Origin: Ginkgo biloba
Lineage: Eukaryota; Plantae; Ginkgophyta
Reading direction: 5' to 3'
Assembly: GCA_024626585.2 (NCBI GenBank)
Contig: JANKJI020000002.1
Span: 196,696,282-196,714,957 of the forward strand
Length of the DNA stretch: 18,676 nucleotides
In this document: in pieces, positions 1-10,349 of the stretch
Position numbering within the stretch: position 1 is the stretch's first letter
Layout: each line of letters starts with the position of its first letter
Made by a program: the position numbers and the translations under genes
Notes under the pieces: model-generated
Told to the model about the DNA's origin: nothing
What the model saw: only the letters and a program-made list of their open reading frames with translations
Databases searched by the model: none

Positions 1-1
1 C

Positions 2-710
2 TTGGACAAAAACGATTCATTGTATCCAATAGCAAGAAGTGGAAAAAAGGTATATATGAACTCTTTATCAAAACAGAGCATTGGACTTTTAGATGAGCCT
101 GGATTTATAGGTGCAAAGCAGGTTCAAATATCATCAAGCTCTCCAAGAACAAGCTGTGCCCTTCAAGAAAAATGTGAAGGTATTGAAAATTCCAAAGATG
201 TCCATTTGAATCGTAGAAAATTGTCTAAGCTTGACAAGTGCAAATATTTGAGGAGGATGAAAGTAAAGCATGAACTTAAGCACAGAATAGGTATGAAGAG
301 TCATTTGATGATAAATAATTTCTTCTCTGCTATCAGAGGCGGAATTGAAACAGCTGGGATGTCTTCTGTCTCTACTTTTGGAAGTCTGCAATGCAGCGGT
401 TTGAAAATTAATAGCATAAGTGCAGATGGGAAGAAAGAGATGAATGAAAATTTGGATAACTCATCCGAAATCAATGCAAATTGCTTCAGAAAAGTACTAT
501 CAAGGGACAAAGAAAATTTGACAAATAACAATGATTGTACTTCCCAGGCAGAGCAAAGGAATAGAAATATTTCAGCCAGACTACCAATGAATGCAACATT
601 TTGCAGAAATTGCTCCGATGTATACGAAGTCAGTACACATGGTTGCAGCAACTTTGAGGGTGTCCAAAGTAAGCCTTGCATCTTCAGTGTTGAAAAACTA
701 CATCCAGAAG
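2..710 (+). CDS. Large internal coding exon of an unidentified host gene (5' end outside the window); low-complexity S/N/K/E/C-rich protein segment
   Basis: The frame is open from the window edge for ~248 codons in AT-rich DNA. There is a donor-like site GAAG|GTCAGA after 710 (phase 1) and an alternative CAAA|GTAAGC after 668 (also phase 1). Sequence becomes T-rich and intron-like downstream. No domain recognised. Confidence 0.7.
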
Positions 711-1689
711 GTCAGAAAGTTTCTTTCTCTATGAATTGTATTGTTTAATCATGTAAGCCTGCAAGTTAATCAGTCCACATCAACCCTGGTGTAATTATTT
801 GTTGCAACATCGACTGAGAGAATGTATTGAATTTTGCTTTGCATAAGAATTTTGCAGCCTTTAAAGGCATTATGTTTTCTTTGATTCCTAGAGTATACAC
901 ATTAGAAGGTGATTGTGTAGCATTATGATGCTATTCATTTTTAGACTCCCATTTATTCCATTAAGGAGTCTGTACAGAAATAAATCAACTACTCTGTGTG
1001 GTTCTGTCTTATTTTGTTGGCCTGCAATAGATATACTTCCTTCAGTCTTATCTCCTTGGAAAAGTTGACAAGCCTGGAGTTTTTAATGGAGAGTATCTAG
1101 AAAAGAGTTCTTGTGGTGGTATGTTTTACCTCTGTTGCAAAAGAAGATATTAAAGGTAGTAACAGGTAAAATTTATTATATATTTGTTTCTCAAACCATA
1201 TGCAAGAAAACTTCCACTTTAACAATTAAATGGTGTTGCTTCCAAACTGCAGAATCTGTCTTCCATCTCTTATTGAATTAAGCTAATATGGGCATGAAAT
1301 TCTGCAATCTTAAATTGTTTTGGGTGACTACATACCAGAAGTCTGGTTCCCTGTGTAAGTCATTACTGTTCCTTGTGGTTTGTGATATCTATAAAAATCA
1401 CATTTTCAGTACATTCCTATGGATTTTCATGGGCAACTGTTTAAAGGAATTGTGGAGAAAAAAGGAGACGAATCATTCGGAAGTGTTTCATTTCTGTCTG
1501 GAATAAGCCTTCAAGAGTAGAAAGAGATATCAGTACCGATTCCTTATTTTTCTTGAAAAGGTTAAATAAATTAAGAATATAAATAGAATAAAAGAAAATT
1601 TAAAATAAACCAAGAAAGTTAACACAATTAGAGGACAACAAGTAACTTTTAACGTTATTACAAGATTAGGAAAAAGAATAAGTCAAGAT

Positions 1690-2300
1690 AAATATGGTCA
1701 TATTGATATATAAATTAGATAAACCGAGAAAGGAAACTNNNNNNNNNNNNNNNNNNNNNNNNNNNNNNNNNNNNNNNNNNNNNNNNNNNNNNNNNNNNNN
1801 NNNNNNNNNNNNNNNNNNNNNNNNNNNNNNNNNNNNNNAAAGAACTAAAGAGAAACCATATATTTACATTATAAATAAAAAGGGAAATAGAGGGAATCCC
1901 ACCTTGAATCCTCTTAATAAAATAAAGTTTTTTAAAGGTCTTCTATCAATTATGATTTCCATATTAGTTGATTTTCATATATCAACAATTCATCTAAAAT
2001 TATTCCAAGACATTCCTTTTGAGCTTAAGCATTGATAGAAAGTATTCCCATTCTAATGAGTCATANNNNNNNNNNNNNNNNNNNNNNATCAACCTCATGT
2101 TCAATACTCTTGACATATGTAATGCTTCAATCACAATGGCGACACAATATGTAATCTTTCTTCCACCCTCCATCTCTCATGGCTAAACTAAGATATTTGG
2201 GGAAGATTAATATGAAATATGGTTGATTCTAATGATTCAAAGGAGCCAATTAAAATGGGTTACATTATCTTCTTTCCATCTAGAATGTATTTTCATTAAA
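1690..2300 (-). mobile_element. Degenerate L1-clade LINE ORF2 reverse-transcriptase fragment
   Basis: Minus-strand translation gives GRKITYCVAIVIEALH (cf. GRxIxDNxxxAxExxH), YDSLEWEYFLSML (cf. KAYDRVEWxFL), and MEIIIDRRPLKNFILLRGFKVGFPLFPFLFIM*IYGFS (cf. VxVNGxP..F...RGLRQGDPLSPFLF...EGLS). A possible FLGLSNLYINM (cf. SGLxIN) lies left of the 1739-1838 gap. It has stops and frameshifts; boundaries are approximate. Confidence 0.8.
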
Positions 2301-3321
2301 AAAATAGAAAGGAGAAAAATAATCTGATATCAAAATTTAAGACAACTTAAAACTAGAGATATTTAAACCATCATAAGAATTAATATGTTTTTGTAACCAC
2401 ATGCATCTCATTATTTAAGTTAGATCATTATAATCCATCACATTGAATATGATTAGTATGAAGGAATCCGTTCAATAGATGAATCCTAATAAAAGTGTAA
2501 ACCACATTATTTGAACCCTAATGATCAATATGATGTTGCTAAAAACTTCAAGGCAATAGTGTTTGCATGATCTATTTGAAAAAAAATAGCCCATCATATA
2601 TTACTCCTAATGTCAACAAATGTGGTCCTATAGATATTATTAATATATTTCTATGATAACTTAAATCAATAAGAATAAGGTTAATATTAACAATATAGTA
2701 AAGAAAAGGTTAGTATAGATTAAGATATTTATGCTCCATCTCCATTTAGTCTTACTATTAAAGAGAAAATAGTAATCAACATTGATAACTTAACACTCTT
2801 ATATCAATACATCATTATGGAATTTGTAAATGTATAATGTTCATTGACCAGATACTTTAACCATTTAATATGTAGTAATAGTTGCTAAGTCTTGGAAATT
2901 TATACAGAAATTATCTACATTACAAACCATTACTTTATTTGATTTTGACTTAATTCGTTCTTGATCAATAAGAGAATAAATATAATTTTTAGAAAACTAC
3001 AGTAGAATTCATGAGCTCTAGAATGTGATTTTTAGTAATGGGATAAGTTGAATCTAAAGTGTAGAATGAAAACTTGTCAATAATTAGTACTTGAATTTGA
3101 GGTTTAGAATGTTATATTTGAACAGTAAATGAATGAGTTTGGGGTCTATAAATTGATTTTTGGGCAATGTGATCTACAAATTTAGGACTATAAAGACATT
3201 GTGAACAAGAAAAACTTAAGTGAAAGTTCAAAAATGTTAGTTTTAAGAAATAATTGAGTTTAGATTCTAATTGGATTTCAAGACTACCAGTCTTTTACAT
3301 CATTCTTATTTTATGACAAAG

Positions 3322-3383
3322 AAAGAGAGACAGAATGGAATTATATTAATGTCCTTGATGTCCAAAAGCAGGCAATGGAACTG
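3322..3383 (+). CDS. Candidate small host exon (ERETEWNYINVLDVQKQAMEL)
   Basis: A T-rich tract precedes AAG|3322 (alternative CAG|3334, same phase 1), and a good donor CTG|GTAGGT follows 3383 (phase 0). The phases bridge exon 2-710 and the acceptor at 3623. Confidence 0.35.
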
Positions 3384-3622
3384 GTAGGTACAAGCATGTA
3401 CAATGCATCAACGGGTGTGTCCAGTTGGAGAAATCTCTATTTGTGGTACTGTTAGGGAATATATAGAGCATACTCAATTGAAAATCATATAACAGTAACA
3501 AACTGGAATAACTTGGCCAGTTTCACTATGAGCAACCATTGAGTATCCTAATGCCAAGCTGCATCTTCAAACTGTTTATACACATAGCATGTTTTGTTTC
3601 CTCAAACTACCTATTTTTGCAG

Positions 3623-3665
3623 GAAATGGATATAAGACTGAAGAATGATGTACAATTGAACACAG
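3623..3665 (+). CDS. Candidate small host exon (EMDIRLKNDVQLNT)
   Basis: Strong acceptor TATTTTTGCAG|G at 3622/3623, and only the phase 0 frame is open. Donor ACAG|GTAGAC after 3665 (phase 1). A 76-nt GT..AG intron (3666-3741) joins it in frame to the long ORF. Confidence 0.45.
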
Positions 3666-3741
3666 GTAGACACCTAAAGGCACATGATGGGATTCTTTTT
3701 TCCAGTCTGTTCACAGTAATGTACTGGTGTTGTGTGTACAG

Positions 3742-4701
3742 GGAAACTTTTCAATGGACATTATGATCGTGCTTCTCAGGAAGAACTGATTAATTGTAAG
3801 GCTTATCATCCAAGAAGACAAATGAGTGAGGGAAAAACAAAAAGCATCGCTGAGCAAGACCACAAGAAATGCGAGGAAGAGATCTGTTCCTATAAACCCT
3901 TAGGAAGAGAAAGGCTTTCATATTTTGTAAAGAGATCATTCGTAGGGCCTGAGTTGAATGTACACGAGGCATGTGTTCATGGGCGTGGTAGGAAAGAGGG
4001 CATGTTGGCAGATAAACTTGATGAAAAACCTTTGGTATCTGCTGAATCTGTTAAGGCCCATACTGTCTCAAACCATTGTACATGTACTTTAGATGGATTG
4101 TCCAGCTTTGGGATGGCAGTTAACAATGCCCATCCTTTGGAGCCTGATGTTGTGCATAGTCCACAATATATAGTCAAAGTTGGGAAGGAGATGGATAATA
4201 AGGAAAATGAAAGTACTGGAAGGAATCGCGCGGAATTATTTTTGAAAGAAATTCCCTCTCTCTATATTCCTGTTCCAACATCCAAAAAAGGACACACACT
4301 TGATGCGTTGAATGATCTTCATACTGAATTGGGATCTTTTACTTGGATATTTGATGATCAAATGATTAAGCATGATCTTGTTGTCAGCTCCAACAGTTCA
4401 TTACAGGAGAAAGTGGATATTTGTGACAGATGTATAATTGATTCTAGAGACGATGAATATGTCGAACAGTTGGACTCTAAAAAAAAAATCAGAAATCTAG
4501 TTAGAGATGGTCATTTCTTGACACATGAGCAGGCATTGGAGGAGTCCACACAAAGGTACAAGGAAGATTCTCTCCAATTTGACCAAATTAAAGGCTATGA
4601 TGTTTGTACTGGTCATGAAGTGTCAGGAATGGCAGCAGTTTTGTCATTACAATGTAATGAGCACTCTAGGAAACAGGGCCATTGTCCGAGAACAGAGCAA
4701 T
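3742..4701 (+). CDS. Large internal coding exon of the host gene (~320 codons, no recognisable domain)
   Basis: Core of the 355-aa ORF 3732-4799. Acceptor GTGTACAG|G is phase 1. Candidate phase-1 donors are T|GTATCT after 4701 or T|GTAATG after 4653, and composition turns AT-rich after ~4700. Exact ends are uncertain. Confidence 0.75.
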
Positions 4702-5020
4702 GTATCTCTCTTTTACCATTTTTCCAAGATTCAATGCAAAAAAATTTAAATATGCTATCTATATTTATTTTCAAATGCTACAAAAAATCAATCTACTAAA
4801 GTTCAATGAATGTTGAACAACAAAATCTGTGGGATTGTTATTTCAACTGTAGAGAGAGGCCTGCTCTATTATGCCAAAAAGTATTGGTTCTTGTAAATAA
4901 GAACTTTTAAAAAGTTACATAATTCATGAATAATTGTAGTTTGTTTGAAAAATAAAATCATGTCAAGGGGCTATGTTCTGTCGTGGTGTCTTTTGTCCAC
5001 TAACGACATTTATTCTGCAG

Positions 5021-5373
5021 ATACTGGCACAGAAAGAAAGACGATACATTATTCTAGTGAAGATACTATCGTATTGCAAACCTGTCATAATCCAGCTGTT
5101 TTGGATAGTAAGTGTATACCTATCTTGCTGGCTAGTTCACAGAATCATCCTGGGAAAGATGGAAATATCAAATGCCATTGGCAATACAACAATAACTCTG
5201 AAGATATTTCACAAGAGGAGAAAGTTTTTTTGCAGAAATTTTTCCCTGTCATGTCTGAGGCTGTGAAAGCTCCATTATTACATGTAAGTCTCAATTGTAA
5301 TGGCAATTCGATCTTATTCGGCACAAGTAGTTCACAGATACAAAACACACTAGAACAAGTAGTTCTTGACAAG
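5021..5373 (+). CDS. Internal coding exon of the host gene (TGTERKTIHYSSEDTIVLQ...)
   Basis: Branch-point-like CACTAAC at 4998-5004 and acceptor TTATTCTGCAG|A at 5020/5021 in phase 1 of ORF 4945-5553. Donors AAG|GTAAAA after 5373 and CAT|GTAAGT after 5283 are both phase 0. Confidence 0.7.
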
Positions 5374-5872
5374 GTAAAAAATCCTTCTGTTGAGAGAAAG
5401 CACAGTTGTATTTCCTTCANNNNNNNNNNNNNNNNNNNNNNNNNNNNNNNNNNNNNNNNNNNNNNNNNNNNNNNNNNNNNNNNNNNNNNNNNNNNNNNNN
5501 NNNNNNNNNNNNNNNNNNNACTCATAGAAGGCATCCTTGGCCTGTATTGCTAATTTTCTCAACACAGTATATTTGAAGGCATGTAATGGTTCTCATAGAG
5601 CAACATGCCTCTGAACCATTGGAGTAAAATGTTCTTCCTTTTCCACTTTTCGCCTCATCGAGTTTCAATTTCAGCTATGTACTATTTTGTGGTATTAATG
5701 TAAATAACCAAGGATTTTTGTGCACATGTATTCTTCTCTATTTTATTAGCATGTTTGCGGAATTTGATTTACAACAAGACTAAATGTTCTTCTTAGTTTG
5801 TGTGCACCTTATAAGTAGATTCTTGAATCTATTTGTCGCCTCTTATCCAACAATAGGAGATCAATAAGGGTA

Positions 5873-6190
5873 GGATTATTAGTTCTACCGGATATTTTTT
5901 AACATGGAACCAAGCATTTGCTATTGGTCATGGGGACTACCTAAAAGGCTTATTGCGTCTGTAGTCAAACCTTTAGTGACAACTCAATACAAACCATCAA
6001 CTCCTAACAACTATTATTGCTCAATTAGACTCTATCCCTCCCCCTGATGTCAATAAGGGTGCCAAGGCCTAGGTCTATTTTAAACCCCTTTCTAGCACTA
6101 AGTTACCCTAAGTTAGGGTTCCACCCTATTAGTAGTTATTTATTTATATTAATTATTGGCATGGTAATCAGGTTCTCGCACCTACCAAGC
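5873..6190 (+). repeat. Copy A of a diverged dispersed repeat family (LTR-like or MITE-like), truncated by an N-gap
   Basis: Colinear with 8889-9221. Shared blocks include GGAyTATTAGTwCTA, CAAACCTTT, CCTAACAACTAT, TAGACTC, TAAGGGTGC, TCCACCCTATTA and TATTTATTTATATTAATT. Confidence 0.8.
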
Positions 6191-6481
6191 NNNNNNNNNN
6201 NNNNNNNNNNNNNNNNNNNNNNNNNNNNNNNNNNNNNNNNNNNNNNNNNNNNNNNNNNNNNNNNNNNNNNNNNNNNNNNNNNNNNNNNNNNNNNNNNNNN
6301 NNNTACATTTGAATTGTGCATATAGTTCATTTTAGCCAGTTATATTAACTTATGCTGAGAATTTATAGCAATTCTGTCTCAAACAACATACACCATTTCA
6401 TTGTAGACAAAATCAATTAATTTACAACAATTTGAAAATAGGTTTTGTAGAGTTAGGTGTTACAACCCAACAAATCTAAGC

Positions 6482-6498
6482 AAAAAAAAAAAAAAAAA
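6482..6498 (+). repeat. A17 homopolymer
   Basis: Seen directly in the sequence. Confidence 0.9.
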
Positions 6499-6856
6499 GA
6501 GAGAAATAATGTAAGTGAAGCCGATACATGTTCTACAACTATTGGTTGTATTCCCTGGAGAAGCATTAAGGAGAGAGAACAACAAGCAAAGAAGGGCCCT
6601 AGGTTTAAGTTAGTGCAGGGCGTCTCTAATAGGGTGATGGCACATGGAAAATAGCACACCATAGAAGAGTGTTTGGTATTAGGGCATCACCAAGATCAAT
6701 TCGAATCTTTCTTTTGAGGTGTTCAACCAATTTTTTTATACATTCAGAGGTTGCAANNNNNNNNNNNNNNNNNNNNNNNNNNNNNNNNNNNNNNNNNNNN
6801 NNNNNNNNNNNNNNNNNNNNNNNNNNNNNNNNNNNNNNNNNNNNNNNNNNNNNNNN

Positions 6857-8670
6857 TCGATGCCATTAATATTTTTGGAGATTATGTCAAGGTATTCATC
6901 AAAAGCATGTCTAAAATCAATTGAGGACACTTTAGCTATAAAACTACTTTAAAATGGGACACATACTCATGTAAGGTCTTAGCTCCATTACTTAGCCTCC
7001 CTCTATTAGTCACTAAGGCTTTGATCTCTTTTGAATTTCTTTTTTTTTCCCTATTTAAGAGCATTGAAAAAGAATTTGGAGCCCCTATCCCCCCTCTTTT
7101 ATCTAATGCAATCTTGCTCTTATGTGCACTTCTTTAGCCTTTCTAACCTTACTTGCCATAAGGGTATGCCCAAACTAAGCAAAAACATTTTGCTTAGTAG
7201 GGTTAATGGGGTCACTTTCAAGTTCCATCTTTGCTTTGGCTAATGTAGTAGTGGCCTTCGTATCAAAATTCCTTCTAGTCCTAGTAAACTACTCACCATA
7301 GCCCCTCCATAGCCCCTAATGAAGGAGAAAACTCTATTCATTGGCCTCTTCCCACCACGTAATTCACCCTCATTCACCCAATGAAGGAGGGGAAAGGTGA
7401 AGGAGAAAACTCTATTCATAGCCTCTTTCCACCACGTAATCCACCCTCATTCACCTAATGAAGGAGGGGAAAGGTAGTGTCCCTCATATCTTCTATGAAT
7501 AGGTTAGAATGGAGGTGTGAGGCATTTGGCTTTAACCTATTCCTAGGAAGTTTGATAAACACACTACTCCACACACTTGAGAATGTAATTGGGTGATGGT
7601 CTGATAAAGAAGCAACCCCCAAGAATTTCATGGCCAAATTACCCTCTGAGTGAAACTTAAAATATCTTGAGGAGATTAGATCACTATCAAGGATTTTAAG
7701 CATTATGTACTTCCCTACCCTCAAACTAGACCAAGAGAACCATTACACATGAGTTTCCTTCCTTCCTTTGATTTGGTCTACTAAGGTTAACTTAGTAATA
7801 AAATTGAACTAGGAAAGCCTCTCTAGGTTATACCAATGGAAAGGAATGTCACCTATTTGATCATCACGATCATCGATAATGTCAAAATCCCCACAATAGA
7901 GCCAAGTAGCTTATGGGAGAAAAGAGGCAAGCCAATCTCAAAGAATGACTCTTTCTTATGGAAAATTGGAAGCATAGATATAAACAATACCAAAACCTTG
8001 GTTGTGAATATTGAAAGTACACCACACCACTCTCTGACTAGGGTTTGTTCCCATCGATATATGGCATTGGTTAGTGTAGGTGAATTGCAAGTAGCAACCC
8101 CTTTGTCGATTTCCTCATGACAGATATTCAAAACAAAACAATTAGGCTAAACCCAATTTAGGGCAGATTTGAGTTTGAACCTACACACTTGACTTTTTAA
8201 GCATAACACATCAATAACATCCATCACATTCCTTACTCTCCTTGCCATGACCCTTCTTCATGGATCAGTAAGACATCTCACATTCCAACCACAGAAGTTA
8301 ATCATCATTAGACTCAAGATTTAACAATTCTTTCATCCTCAATGATGAGGTTACTCTAAACATCAAAGTTGGAGGGCTATCAACTTTGGGGGTACTACCT
8401 ATGAAATTATCCTATATTATAGCATATGCCTATTTACTCCCACTGCTAGGTTCTATGTGCACTTTAATAGGTTCGCCTGCATTGAATTCAAACATCTCAG
8501 TAGAAGGTCTTTGTGTAGGAGTAGTTATGGTCTTAGGAGGTTATTTCTCCATATTTTCAAGGAATTTATCCTTGTTGGCTAGAAGCCATTATACCCAGAG
8601 GAGCTTGTTGCTTGGCCACATGAAATTTGGGAGCGTGTTTCATAGGGTCCTTAGACACAGTGGGCTACCA
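6857..8670 (-). mobile_element. Degenerate L1-clade LINE: putative ORF1 C-terminus plus ORF2 apurinic-like endonuclease and linker
   Basis: From ATG at 8308: MMINFCGWNVRCL...IDVLCL (cf. WNVRGL...DIxCLQE), DKGVA, GIVYIYASNFP*ERVIL*DWL...WLYCGDFD (cf. VYAPN...GDFN), WFSWSS...KILD (cf. FTWSN...RLDR), SDHHPI, and HIRARLH*IKEGDRGSKFFF (cf. RSRxxWxxEGDRNTKFF). An upstream P/T/S-rich decayed frame ends ...LESNDD* and overlaps the ORF2 ATG. The element may continue across the 6757-6856 gap to ~6500. Confidence 0.9.
7320..7474. repeat. Near-identical tandem duplication, 2 x ~78 bp, inside the LINE
   Basis: 7320-7397 and 7398-7474 both read TGAAGGAGAAAACTCTATTCAT...CCACCACGTAATyCACCCTCATTCACCyAATGAAGGAGGGGAAAGG, with a few substitutions and one indel. 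Confidence 0.95.
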
Positions 8671-8888
8671 TAACAACCTACTTCTAAACTTGCATGCTAA
8701 ACAAATAAAAAACCTACAATAATCATGATATATAAAGACATACATCCATATGTATCCATACAATGATCAGGATATCAATTACAATCATAATAAGCAACGC
8801 TAGACATTAACATGTATGCAAGTATTTATTTGTGTTAATTTATGGTAATATTACGCAAAAAGTAGGTATACGGCAAGTTTTAGAGGTG

Positions 8889-9598
8889 GGACTATTAGTA
8901 CTAAAGTTCATTTGCAACAAATGGCAATAGCCTCTATTGTTGGTTTGGGATCGCCTATATGGGCTTACTATGTTAGCAACCAAACCTTTGCTAGCAAACT
9001 GTGCTTACCGTCAGCACCTAACAACTATAAACGATTTGCTAGACTCCACCCCTCAATCTTGACGCTAGTAAGGGTGCTAAGCACTATGTTTGTTTCAACC
9101 TTTCTTTGACAACAAGATTATCCTAGTAGCTAGGAATATCCACCCTATTACAAAATATTTATTTATATTAATTTTTGGTATGGTCAACAAACCCTAAGGC
9201 TACACCAATAGCCCTAGAACCNNNNNNNNNNNNNNNNNNNNNNNNNNNNNNNNNNNNNNNNNNNNNNNNNNNNNNNGGTCAGTACGAAGGTTAACCATGA
9301 GCAATAACTTAACTCCCACCGGGTATCTTTCAACCCACTACATGGCCATTTAGCCCATAAAGTGTGCGTGCATAGGTCCATTAGATAATAAGATGTGTCC
9401 TAGTAAGGACAAAGGAAATATCCAATAGATTATTAGACTAACAACCACGTTGCCTTAGACGCCAATTTAAGGTTTTTGCTATAATAGGTCAAAATGGCCT
9501 GCATGATGCAAAGGAAGGTTTTCCTAAATTAATAAATGTTATCATGCACCATAAGAACAATAAATAGGCATAAAGTCATCAAAATGACCCCTTAGTTG
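8889..9598 (+). repeat. Copy B of the dispersed repeat family
   Basis: Direct homology to 5873-6190 and inverted homology to 10350-11087. Contains a 55-N gap at 9222-9276. Confidence 0.8.
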
Positions 9599-10349
9599 GA
9601 GTCGTTTTCACATAATTAGTGTTTCAATTTATCTAAATAGATTTTAGAATTGTGGCTTATATAGTTTATGTTTATTTATCATACGGACAATTTCTATAAA
9701 TTTGTAGTAATGTGAAAAATCTATCAAAAAGTTGGGGGTTCTAAATACTTACTGAAAACAAATACATACCCAATTGAAAAGCTTTGACTGAAGATGGAAA
9801 ATAAACTTGTGGATGAAAACGCCCTACTGCTCGGCTTGTACATGGAGTGCTCTGCAAATAGAACCCTAATCTGGGTCAAAACTACACTAGAAGTGCCACA
9901 TGGCCCTGCCAAAAACCTTACACCACTTTTCCTAGCTAGGTGAAGCCTCATGTGATGAAATAAGTTTGGGCAAACCCTCGAGAATGAGACAATCCTCTCA
10001 AAAGAAAGTACCCTACCACTCTGATGCAAACAAAGGATAGGTGAGAAAATTAAATCCCAAATGACAACACCTTACTACGCAGTCTAGAATCTATTGTTGA
10101 AGGAGAAAAGACTAGCGACCTAGGCAAGAAGGTTAAAATAGATACCAAAAGTTTGCATAGGCCCTTGCAACCTTTGAATAAANNNNNNNNNNNNNNNNNN
10201 NNNNNNNNNNNNNNNNNNNNNNNNNNNNNNNNNNNNNNNNNNNNNNNNNNNNNNNNNNNNNNNNNNNNNNNNNNNNNNNNNNAGATCTAGTTTTGCTTTT
10301 ATGAATGCCTAAAACGAATGCTAGGGATAGGGTGTCTCCCTTAGGGCAA

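Noticed and set aside
6482-6498. A17 as the poly(A) tail of the neighbouring LINE
   Set aside because: The LINE is on the - strand, so its tail would appear as poly(T) on +. No TSD is seen.
1690-8670. LINE RT (1690-2300) and LINE EN (6857-8670) as a single element that captured host exons
   Set aside because: The intervening exons fit a chain with exons outside the interval, and no TSD or continuity links the fragments. Two independent insertions are simpler.
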